Virus record (IMG/VR): IMGVR_UViG_3300034691_000021
Location: 1-52,067 of that record
Origin: a virus
Lineage: Duplodnaviria > Caudoviricetes
Length of the DNA: 52,067 nucleotides
Strand: one strand, 5' to 3'
Shown here: one piece after another, positions 8,607 through 16,337 of the stretch
How positions within the stretch are numbered: the stretch's first letter is position 1
How the letters are laid out: every line of letters starts with the position of its first letter
Notes under the pieces: generated by a model
Seen by the model: the letters and a program-made list of their open reading frames with translations, nothing else
Told to the model about the DNA's origin: nothing
The model's database searches: none
Program-made: the position numbers and the translations under genes

Positions 8607-9106
8607 GCGAAACCATGAGCGAACAAATGCGCGAAGAATTCGAGGTATGGGTTAAGAGTCTCTCCCCAAACCGATATCTATCTACAGAGCGATTCTGTCC
8701 GCTTCATGGTGTGACCGAAGGTGAATACAAAGGCTTCACCGTCCAGAACTGCTGGGAGTCGTTTCAGGCAGCGCGCAAGACTGGCTTCACCGCCGTCGAC
8801 ATGGGCACCGCAGAGGCTGACGGGTTCAGGGATGGGGCGGCTAGCCATTGGCAGCCGATAGATACCTGCCCCAAGCACGTCGACGTCCTGTTCTTCCATG
8901 AGCGCGATGGCGTGATCGCTGGCCGCCTGACCGATGCCGATTCCTTCATGACCGATAAAGAGCGCGATGAGTTTGAGGGTGGCGATGAGGCCCAGTTCTG
9001 CATCGACGCGTTCGGCTTTGGGCACTGGGGTGTTTGCCGCATGGATGGCGCTGAAGCGCCGTCGCACTGGATGCCATACCCACCAGAGCCTGAGGTGAAG
9101 CCATGA
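8603..9106 (+). CDS. Mosaic protein with C-terminal DUF551-like domain
   Basis: WQPIDTCPK...PSHWMPYPPEP. Confidence 0.7.
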   Translation: MSETMSEQMREEFEVWVKSLSPNRYLSTERFCPLHGVTEGEYKGFTVQNCWESFQAARKTGFTAVDMGTAEADGFRDGAASHWQPIDTCPKHVDVLFFHERDGVIAGRLTDADSFMTDKERDEFEGGDEAQFCIDAFGFGHWGVCRMDGAEAPSHWMPYPPEPEVKP

Positions 9107-9345
9107 CCAACTACAGCAACCTAAAGCGATTGGCCGATGCCGCCCCGATGGCCATGACCATGACGAATGGCGGCGAAGAGCATAAGGCGCTGACTGCCTT
9201 CACGGACGAGGTAAAGCGCCTATTTGGGAATGATGTCGGCATGGCAAGGGTGTTGATCGCTGAGAACGAGGCGCTGCGCAAGGAATGCGCCCTGCTCAAA
9301 GCTGACAATCAAGCGCTGCTGGAACACCCAGAGGACGCACTATGA
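9103..9345 (+). CDS. Ead/Ea22-like coiled-coil protein
   Basis: YSNLKRLA...LIAENEALRKE pattern. Confidence 0.55.
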   Translation: MTNYSNLKRLADAAPMAMTMTNGGEEHKALTAFTDEVKRLFGNDVGMARVLIAENEALRKECALLKADNQALLEHPEDAL

Positions 9346-9836
9346 GCAAGCCAGAAGCTGACTCGCAGCCAACAACAGGCCACGCAATTCCGCAATGGCT
9401 GCGCGACCAATTCGACGCTATCGAGCTGCAAGTCAGAAAGATGGGCGCCGAGGCCGTATTCACCCAGATGCGCACGAAGGTGCAGGCCTACTTTGAAATG
9501 CTGCGATCGGTAGAGAGCGGCAGGGCCGGTAGAGATCTAGCCATCATCACCCAGCAGAAGAACCTGATTTCTTCCTTGCGCGAAGATCTGCGGGAAGCAA
9601 TCGCCATTGATTGCAGCGATGACGTAATTGAAGCCTGCGCCGAAGTTGAGCGCACCGGCACGCCCGGCAGCGTGATTCGCGAGATGAACGATGAGCTGGT
9701 AGATCTGCGCAGAGACGCTGAGCGCTTCCGATTCATCGAGCAGGACGCCGACTCTGGCATGCGCTGGATCTACGGTGATGACTGGATAGCCGTAATTGAT
9801 GCCACTGGCTTTCAGGCCATGAGCAAGGAGGGTTGA
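9342..9836 (+). CDS. Hypothetical protein
   Basis: LRRDAERFRFI motif common in lambdoid ea-region genes. Confidence 0.65.
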   Translation: MSKPEADSQPTTGHAIPQWLRDQFDAIELQVRKMGAEAVFTQMRTKVQAYFEMLRSVESGRAGRDLAIITQQKNLISSLREDLREAIAIDCSDDVIEACAEVERTGTPGSVIREMNDELVDLRRDAERFRFIEQDADSGMRWIYGDDWIAVIDATGFQAMSKEG

Positions 9837-9837
9837 G

Positions 9838-10116
9838 ATGGTCAAATACAAGACGATCAGCCAGTTCGCCACCGAAAGTGGCTACACTGAGGCCGCGATT
9901 CGAGCAAAGATCGCTGACGGCACATGGCCCAAGGGGCTGGTGTGGAGGCATGCGCCGGACAATAAACCTCTTATAAGTGTGGATGGGTATGCGGAATGGG
10001 TGGAAAGCGCAGCGGCGTCAGGGCGGCGTCCAAGAGTAGCATTGAGATCAGCTTCATGTTCGAGGGTGCCCAATGCCGCGAGCGCCTCCCAATTGAGCCC
10101 ACCCCCGCTAATCTGA
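9838..10116 (+). CDS. xis: Excisionase
   Basis: Small basic winged-HTH (QFATESGYTEAAIRAKIADGTW) directly upstream of and overlapping int. Confidence 0.8.
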   Translation: MVKYKTISQFATESGYTEAAIRAKIADGTWPKGLVWRHAPDNKPLISVDGYAEWVESAAASGRRPRVALRSASCSRVPNAASASQLSPPPLI

Positions 10117-11168
10117 AGCGCGCCGAGCAGCACAAGGCCGCTATCGAACTGGCGATCTACAACGGCACGTTCGACTATCTGGCCACCTTCCCCAAGTCCA
10201 AGCGAGCCAATCGGCTTGGATATCAGACCGGGCAAGTCCCGCTATCGAAATACCTCGCAAGCTGGCTGGAGAAGAAAGAGAAGGGGCTGAAGGCCAGCAC
10301 AATCGACGGCTATCGGAAAATCATCGACGGGGTTCTGGTGCCGAAGCTTGGCGACCATCCCCTGGTGCTACTCAGTCGCAAGATGATCAAGGAGGCGATG
10401 GCGAGCATGGATGCTTCGAACAAGCGCCTGTCGAACGTGCAGAGCTGCCTGAGATCAGCTCTGAACGATGCGGTGCATGACGAGCTGATCGAGATCAACC
10501 CGATGGCGGGATGGACGTACTCGGTCAGGGAGAAGCCGAAGACCGAGGACGAGATCGATCCGTTTTCGCCTGAGGAGCAGCGGCTGATTCTGGCCGGCAC
10601 CGACGGGCAATACCGGAACCTGTTGCAGTTCGCCATGTGGACCGGGCTGCGGACCAGCGAACTCATCGCAGTAGAATGGGGGGATGTGGATTGGTTGCGG
10701 GGGGAGATACGGATATCGCGAGGACTGACCAGAGCGGCCAAGGAAGCAGAGTTGCCGAAGACGGCGGCGGGGATTCGTAGCGTGAAGCTTTTGCCAATGG
10801 CGCTGGAGGCGCTGACGGCTCAGAAGGTGCACACCTATATAGAAGGTGGCGTAATTTTCCATGACCCGCGATACGCCAAGCCGTTCGACGGCGATCAGGC
10901 CATTCGCAAAAGCTTCTGGATACCGACGCTCAGGAAGGCAAAGGTTCGGTATCGGAACCCGTACCAGACCCGGCACACGTACGCATCGATGATGCTGTCG
11001 GCCGGTGAGCACCCAATGTGGGTCGCAAAACAGATGGGCCACGCTTCATGGCTGATGATCGCCAAGGTGTATGGCCGATGGATTCCAACCGAGAACGACA
11101 CCTCAGGCAATAAGGCCGTCGAGATGTTCGGGGCGCCGGTTCAACTCCCTAAGGAGGAGTCAGCATGA
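9996..11168 (+). CDS. int: Tyrosine integrase with N-terminal arm-binding domain
   Basis: TGLRTSEL (R), PKT (K), YQTRHTYAS, QMGH, VYGRW (catalytic Y). Confidence 0.95.
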   Translation: MGGKRSGVRAASKSSIEISFMFEGAQCRERLPIEPTPANLKRAEQHKAAIELAIYNGTFDYLATFPKSKRANRLGYQTGQVPLSKYLASWLEKKEKGLKASTIDGYRKIIDGVLVPKLGDHPLVLLSRKMIKEAMASMDASNKRLSNVQSCLRSALNDAVHDELIEINPMAGWTYSVREKPKTEDEIDPFSPEEQRLILAGTDGQYRNLLQFAMWTGLRTSELIAVEWGDVDWLRGEIRISRGLTRAAKEAELPKTAAGIRSVKLLPMALEALTAQKVHTYIEGGVIFHDPRYAKPFDGDQAIRKSFWIPTLRKAKVRYRNPYQTRHTYASMMLSAGEHPMWVAKQMGHASWLMIAKVYGRWIPTENDTSGNKAVEMFGAPVQLPKEESA

Positions 11169-11536
11169 GAGCAGTTCTATACACGCACGACATGGAGCCA
11201 ATCACGGTGATTGAGCTTCAGCCGTGGGCGTGGCAGTACCTGCGAGAACAGCGATCGGTTCGACTGGCTGTCCACCGGCCTATGGCAGCACACTACAACC
11301 CGGACGCCGACAATGTACCGAAACTCGACATGAGCATGTGGATCGTCCATATCACCGCCGAAGTCCTTGTTCGCGGGAAGCACTCGAGCCTGATGCTGTT
11401 CACCCATGACGAAGAGGCGGCGCTACTGCTGAAGTCCGAACTGTTACCGGGCCAGCACCGTGATGTTCAGGATCGCGAAAAGGCCGCAATGGCCAAAGGA
11501 TTCATGAGCGCGCTAAATATGCTCGGCAAACTGTAG
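11165..11536 (+). CDS. Hypothetical protein between int and attP
   Basis: AAGGAGG RBS; ATGA overlap with int stop. Confidence 0.7.
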   Translation: MRAVLYTHDMEPITVIELQPWAWQYLREQRSVRLAVHRPMAAHYNPDADNVPKLDMSMWIVHITAEVLVRGKHSSLMLFTHDEEAALLLKSELLPGQHRDVQDREKAAMAKGFMSALNMLGKL

Positions 11537-11595
11537 TTTCAGCAGCTTTTCAGCAGCATTTGCCGTTTCGCCCAGCAAATACAGGCATCGGCTGC

Positions 11596-11621
11596 GGGTT
11601 CAAATCCCCCCGGCTCCACCA
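11596..11621 (+). other. attP core = 3' end of tmRNA (ssrA)
   Basis: gggttcaaatccccccggctccacca: T-arm plus acceptor 3' strand and CCA; 5' T-stem is imperfect, so it is only a fragment. Confidence 0.85.
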
Positions 11622-11635
11622 ATTGAGACACCTTC

Positions 11636-11658
11636 GAAGCCCGCCCAGTGCGGGTTTC
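11636..11658 (+). terminator. Hairpin that would terminate the restored ssrA after integration
   Basis: gaagcccgc-ccagt-gcgggtttc. Confidence 0.6.
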
Positions 11659-11777
11659 GCTGCATCTGGACCTTGGAATGTTGCTGAGGGTTGTTGTGGA
11701 TTGATGTCGATTCGCGCCAGCTTCAGCAGCTTTTCAGCAACATCCATCTCAGGCGTTCTGCCTACCGAACACAATCC

Positions 11778-12293
11778 CTATTTTGAAAGACTGTCGAAGG
11801 CCTGCTCGCAGGTTAAGCCCCGGGATCGGGCTTGGTCAGCAACTTCAGCCAAGTCGCCCGCTCGCTGGTCAGCGCGCTTGAGCACGTCGGCGAGCACCAG
11901 GGCGGCGCGGGTAGCTGCCTTGCTTGCGGCGGCAGTACAGGAATTGCCGCTGGCTTCACTGGCTGCGAGTCGAGCGGCAAGGGCGTCGGCTGCCCCGCGC
12001 ACGCTGTCAGCAGAAGCGCGAGCAGTGGCAGCATCAGCCGTGGCTTGATCGATCGTGCGTTGACCATCTTGGATCGCCTTGTTGATGGAGAGTTGACGGG
12101 CTTGTTCTTTGGCGCGCTCGCGGGTTTCGTTCTCGAGTGCAGCGGACTTGTCGTCAGCATCGCGCTGGTGCCAGGCCGACAACCACTTGGCATCGGTTAC
12201 GCTCACGCCGTGATGATAGGCGCCGAACAGAGCGCCAGCCACCAGCAGCACCGCAGCTATATAAGGAAGAAATCGCAGCCAGATGGAAGTCAT
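11778..12293 (-). CDS. Rz: Inner-membrane spanin (Rz, DUF2514-like)
   Basis: N-terminal TM plus Ala-rich coiled coil, C-terminal GLTCE; follows the endolysin. Confidence 0.85.
   Translation of the reverse strand: MTSIWLRFLPYIAAVLLVAGALFGAYHHGVSVTDAKWLSAWHQRDADDKSAALENETRERAKEQARQLSINKAIQDGQRTIDQATADAATARASADSVRGAADALAARLAASEASGNSCTAAASKAATRAALVLADVLKRADQRAGDLAEVADQARSRGLTCEQAFDSLSK
11813..12067 (-). CDS. Rz1: Outer-membrane lipoprotein spanin embedded in Rz
   Basis: MVNARSIKPRLMLPLLALLLTAC lipobox; Pro-rich mature part; alternate frame wholly inside Rz. Confidence 0.8.
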   Translation of the reverse strand: MVNARSIKPRLMLPLLALLLTACAGQPTPLPLDSQPVKPAAIPVLPPQARQLPAPPWCSPTCSSALTSERATWLKLLTKPDPGA

Positions 12294-12841
12294 GCCAGAA
12301 CCTTCAGCGCTGCGTTATAGAAGGCCAGACGCTCGGCATAACCGTTCAAACCACCATTGATGCGCCGGGTGATCATCTCGAACGATCCTGAGTCGGCCAA
12401 CGCATTCAGGTTGCGCGAGTTCCAGAACCACGCAGCGGACTTGCACGCCCACTCGGCCTGCTCTAGCAGTTCAGGAGTACGCAACAACCGATCGTCACCG
12501 AACAGCGCCTTGCTGCACGCGAAGTAGTTGTCGTGCCCGGTGATCTGGATCAGGCCACGGCCGCAGTACTTCTGGCCGTCACCGTCCGCCTCGGGCGTGT
12601 TGCCCAATCGCTTGGCCAATGTCCCGGTATCGTACTTGCTCAGGTACTGGTCACCGCCGAGCTCCCGGACGTACCGGAACTGGCCCGACTCATGCCCCAC
12701 CTGGGCAATGAACGCCGCCATGCGCAGCCGAGTGTTGATCTGGAAGCGATCCATCGCCAAATTCAGCGCAGACGCAAAAACGCCGGCTTGCTTGCCGGCG
12801 TTCGGGAGGATCTGCAGCAACTGCTGCGCGGTGATGGGCAT
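12290..12841 (-). CDS. Endolysin, glycoside hydrolase family 19
   Basis: AFIAQVGHESG, GRGLIQITG, INGGLNG motifs. Confidence 0.92.
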   Translation of the reverse strand: MPITAQQLLQILPNAGKQAGVFASALNLAMDRFQINTRLRMAAFIAQVGHESGQFRYVRELGGDQYLSKYDTGTLAKRLGNTPEADGDGQKYCGRGLIQITGHDNYFACSKALFGDDRLLRTPELLEQAEWACKSAAWFWNSRNLNALADSGSFEMITRRINGGLNGYAERLAFYNAALKVLA

Positions 12842-12871
12842 GTCAGACGACCTGTTTGGATTGGATATCGA

Positions 12872-13441
12872 TCACTGGAGCAGTGCTGCCGCTGTAAGTC
12901 TCTCTTGGGCGCCTTCCAGCAAGGCTGAGATGATCTGTTGGCGCTGCTCGGCAGTTAAAGTGATGCTGCCTTCAGGGGGAGACGGAGGTAGCAAGTTCGC
13001 TTTGACGAAATGCATAACGTCCAGCTTCCCATAACCCTGCATGACCTCAATGGTTTGTCCAGGGCCTGCGGCTGAACTGTTTGCATAAAGCACAACGTTA
13101 ACAAACCCGTCAAAATCCGAAGTGAAAGGCCACGCTGAGCCACCAGCAAAGACTTTATGGTGCTCTGCCGGGGTTACATTTCCACCAGCAGGCGGAAGGA
13201 TGCTTTTGCTCAGAGATGTATCAGTTGCTGACACGCCCAATGTTACAAAGCTACCTATTTGTACATTGTACGGCTGCTCAGATGTAACTTCTCCACGGAA
13301 CGATGCATAAATTATGTCTCCGGCTTTTGCGGAAATTGGTACGGAGTAGCAGACTTTAAAATCGTAGGCATTTTTGCTTTGCATTATAAGAAGCCATGGA
13401 GCCTTCTCAACTTTATCTTGGTAAAGATTCAGATCAAACAT
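12872..13441 (-). CDS. AT-rich hypothetical beta-rich protein (moron)
   Basis: ORF track; visibly lower GC than flanks. Confidence 0.6.
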   Translation of the reverse strand: MFDLNLYQDKVEKAPWLLIMQSKNAYDFKVCYSVPISAKAGDIIYASFRGEVTSEQPYNVQIGSFVTLGVSATDTSLSKSILPPAGGNVTPAEHHKVFAGGSAWPFTSDFDGFVNVVLYANSSAAGPGQTIEVMQGYGKLDVMHFVKANLLPPSPPEGSITLTAEQRQQIISALLEGAQERLTAAALLQ

Positions 13442-13626
13442 TTGATATGCCTATGCAAAAAAATGGGGTAGGGAGGTATCAGCATCGACTTTCATTTAAT
13501 TGAATAGTAAAGCAACGCTTTGCGCGCTGAATTAATATTAATGGTGCTTATTTTTACCGCAGAAAGCCATAGCCGACTGACTGCGGGGTTTATGGTTGGC
13601 GAGAGATGATGTCAGAGTTATTATAT

Positions 13627-14553
13627 TTATGACAGCCTGTCTGTAACAGACAATAAAACCTTTGAGGATTTAACCTCTACATCATCCACAAGCAACTTAC
13701 AGACTTCAATAGCTGTATGTCCGCCACAGGAAATAACTACCGCGTCGGGTCGCCTAGAAAGAACCTGCCCTGGCGTCCCAAAATAAATACCGTCAAACAC
13801 CTGAGAATCAACAAACCTTATTTTTTTATTGTTGATATGTGAATATGCGCATGGGTATGGCGGCGATTGCGCACGGATGAAATTGTGAACATCAACAGCA
13901 TTCAGACTCCAATCAACTAGCCCGTCAACCTCAGTGCGCTGGCCGCAATAGGTGGCCTCGCTATCGTCCTGACTGAAAATCCTGGCCTCGCAAGAGATCA
14001 GCTTTACCCACTTATCAGGAAGCTCCTCGATCAGTCTGCCCTCTATCTTTTTGAGCACGGAGCCCACATTATCTTCAGCAAGTACCTCAACCTTGACCTG
14101 ATGCAAAACATCCCCATCGTCCATTCCTTCAGATATTTTGAAGACACTACTTCCAGCGTACTTGTCTCCATTCAAGATTGACCAAACCAGCGGCGCACCA
14201 CCTCGATATTTTGGCAATATCGAGTTGTGCACCCCCCACAACCCATTCGGAACAAGTCCAATAGTTTCGCTATCAATAAGCCAATACCACCCACATACGA
14301 ATCCAATGTCAGGCGCAAAATCAATGACCATTTGTTTTGCGGCTGCAGGAGATGCAGCTACCAAAAGATCGATATCGCACAACCGAGCAAAATTCTGAAA
14401 CTCAGTCAGTGCAGACCTCGGATCATTTGAGTCATCTGGATGTATAATTATCCAGCGCATTGATTGCGATACGCTGTAAATAGACTTAAACACAGAAAGC
14501 CCGAGTGCCTTGGAGCCTATAAAGACAGCTGTCAATTTAATATCAATAGACAT
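13627..14553 (-). CDS. N10-formyl-THF-dependent formyltransferase (Fmt/ArnA-like, probably sugar N-formyltransferase)
   Basis: HNSILPKYRGGAP, MDDGD, C-domain IRAQSPPYPCAYS; AT-rich. Confidence 0.85.
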   Translation of the reverse strand: MSIDIKLTAVFIGSKALGLSVFKSIYSVSQSMRWIIIHPDDSNDPRSALTEFQNFARLCDIDLLVAASPAAAKQMVIDFAPDIGFVCGWYWLIDSETIGLVPNGLWGVHNSILPKYRGGAPLVWSILNGDKYAGSSVFKISEGMDDGDVLHQVKVEVLAEDNVGSVLKKIEGRLIEELPDKWVKLISCEARIFSQDDSEATYCGQRTEVDGLVDWSLNAVDVHNFIRAQSPPYPCAYSHINNKKIRFVDSQVFDGIYFGTPGQVLSRRPDAVVISCGGHTAIEVCKLLVDDVEVKSSKVLLSVTDRLS

Positions 14554-14680
14554 TTAAAACCTCAGAGCCAAATTTGCGAATGCCGAGTCAGCCTACAACT
14601 CTACACCATTTCTTTCAGGCTCTGAAGTGCGCCATTATTCCAGCGGCTTGCGGCGATCTTCTATGGAAGCCAGGCTGGCT

Positions 14681-14893
14681 TTACTGGTCAATGTTAAGCA
14701 GGGCCGCCACGTCCGGATTTTTCGAGAGAAACTCCCGCAGTTTATCGACTGGATCCACTGCCAGAGCAACCTCTGGCGGCGGCAGGGAAGACGCATCAAC
14801 CACAATCCCGCCGAGACGCTCGGCTTCGACATTTATGTCGACACCGTCCGCCACTCCACCCACAGAGCCATCAGGATAAAGAATTGCTTTCAT
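14681..14893 (-). CDS. Small tail-fibre-associated protein
   Basis: Directly after the fibre gene; PVDKLREFLSKNPDVAALL C-terminus. Confidence 0.6.
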   Translation of the reverse strand: MKAILYPDGSVGGVADGVDINVEAERLGGIVVDASSLPPPEVALAVDPVDKLREFLSKNPDVAALLNIDQ

Positions 14894-14894
14894 G

Positions 14895-16334
14895 TTATGG
14901 CGCTCCGTAAACGATAAGTGCTGTCGGCGCTACGTTCGTATTGACGCCGCCGGAATAAAGAAAGGTGATAAACCTTAACTTTGTGGTGGTTGAGTTGGCG
15001 AGATCGATAATGCCAACGTAGATTTGCCCCGAAAGAACTGCAAACATTGGGACAATTACGAGATTGACAATGTTGCTGACTATGGCCGCATTCAAATTTA
15101 TATCGAATGATCCAGCGCTTACGCGCGTAATCGATGTCACTGAAACGGACCCGGACTGCCCCTGAATAGTCGGTGGCGTAGCTGTTCCGTCAAACCGCAA
15201 AATCAATCTAGGCTCAATGCCAGTGGGCGTTGTGTTCTTCTGGTAGCTCACGCAAGCCCAGTTACCGGACCCAAGGGAAACAAAGTCTGCAGTATCGCCA
15301 GAACCAACAAGAATATTGGCGCCGCCTGGCAAGATCATCGCTGTGGCGTTGTGCGTCAGCGTCAGCGCGCCCTGGAATACCAGCCGGCGCCATCCAGACG
15401 CAATGGTATCGAACGCGGTAATCGTGGTCGTGCCGCTGATGTTGATCGTATTGGCCGCTGCTGCTCCAATGTTGACCGTTGCCGCCGAGGCCAAGGTGAC
15501 TGGTGGCGCTTCGTTAAAGACGCTCCCCTGAATCGGGTCCAGGACTACAAAGTCTGTACCGTCATACTCGACGTCAGTCAGTTGGTTGGCAGCGATATTC
15601 GCAGATACCTTCGCGCCGGACGAACTGTATTGTTTCAGGTTTTTCGCGCCCAGCCCGGAGACATTCAGCGTCCCGCTGGCCGCTGCCGCCGCATTGAATT
15701 TCACCCGATAACGTTGGTTTGCTGCATAGCCACCAAGCGCTGGGACTGGCGTCAGCGTGAATGCCGGCGCGGTGCCTGCGGTGGTGAAGGCGGTCTGCAC
15801 CTGATTGACAGCTGGGCCTGCAGCGCCGGTGCAAAACAGCAGCACATAAGAGCCGGTTGTTGCGTTCCATTGAATCCAGGCAATCCCGTTGGCGATCATC
15901 TCACCACCAACCAGCGCAGCCTGTGTCGCCCCAACGAGCGCCACGGTTCCGACACCGTCGTTGATGGTGCTGGCCCCGGAGTTGGCGTTAGCGACCTTGA
16001 AGCGCAGCGGCGTGCTTTCACTTCGAGCAGTGATCGTCGGCACGAAGTTGCAGACATAGGCATTGGCTGCTCCTGTGTCAGCCACAAACATGCCTTGGCT
16101 CGCCGCATCACGCAGGGCCGCATCCAGTGGGCCTTCATCGACCCACGCAGAGTTCGCAGCATTGCGACGTTTTAGCCGGCTGGTTCCGGTATCCGCCCAG
16201 AGCTGGCACGGGAACGACGGGCTCGGGGCCGAGGAGCCGCTGCTTAGCGATGCCAGCGCCTGCAGGGCTGCGTTGATATCAGCCCGCACAACGACGCCAG
16301 CGCCGTTTGCAACGTCCATATCGTGTTGCGACAT
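14895..16334 (-). CDS. Side tail fibre / receptor-binding protein
   Basis: MSQHDMDVANGAGVVVRADINAALQAL anchor; repeated Gly/Ala/Thr beta modules. Confidence 0.8.
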   Translation of the reverse strand: MSQHDMDVANGAGVVVRADINAALQALASLSSGSSAPSPSFPCQLWADTGTSRLKRRNAANSAWVDEGPLDAALRDAASQGMFVADTGAANAYVCNFVPTITARSESTPLRFKVANANSGASTINDGVGTVALVGATQAALVGGEMIANGIAWIQWNATTGSYVLLFCTGAAGPAVNQVQTAFTTAGTAPAFTLTPVPALGGYAANQRYRVKFNAAAAASGTLNVSGLGAKNLKQYSSSGAKVSANIAANQLTDVEYDGTDFVVLDPIQGSVFNEAPPVTLASAATVNIGAAAANTINISGTTTITAFDTIASGWRRLVFQGALTLTHNATAMILPGGANILVGSGDTADFVSLGSGNWACVSYQKNTTPTGIEPRLILRFDGTATPPTIQGQSGSVSVTSITRVSAGSFDINLNAAIVSNIVNLVIVPMFAVLSGQIYVGIIDLANSTTTKLRFITFLYSGGVNTNVAPTALIVYGAP

Positions 16335-16337
16335 AAA

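Larger units (their letters stand above)
11538..11743. repeat. Integrase arm-type sites flanking the attP core
   Basis: ttcagcagcttttcagca at 11538-11555 and 11722-11739; inverted atgttgctga near 11678-11687. Confidence 0.75.

Noticed and set aside
11585-11621. Complete tRNA or tmRNA gene
   Set aside because: Only the T-loop and acceptor 3' strand are present; there is no 5' half, so it is an att core
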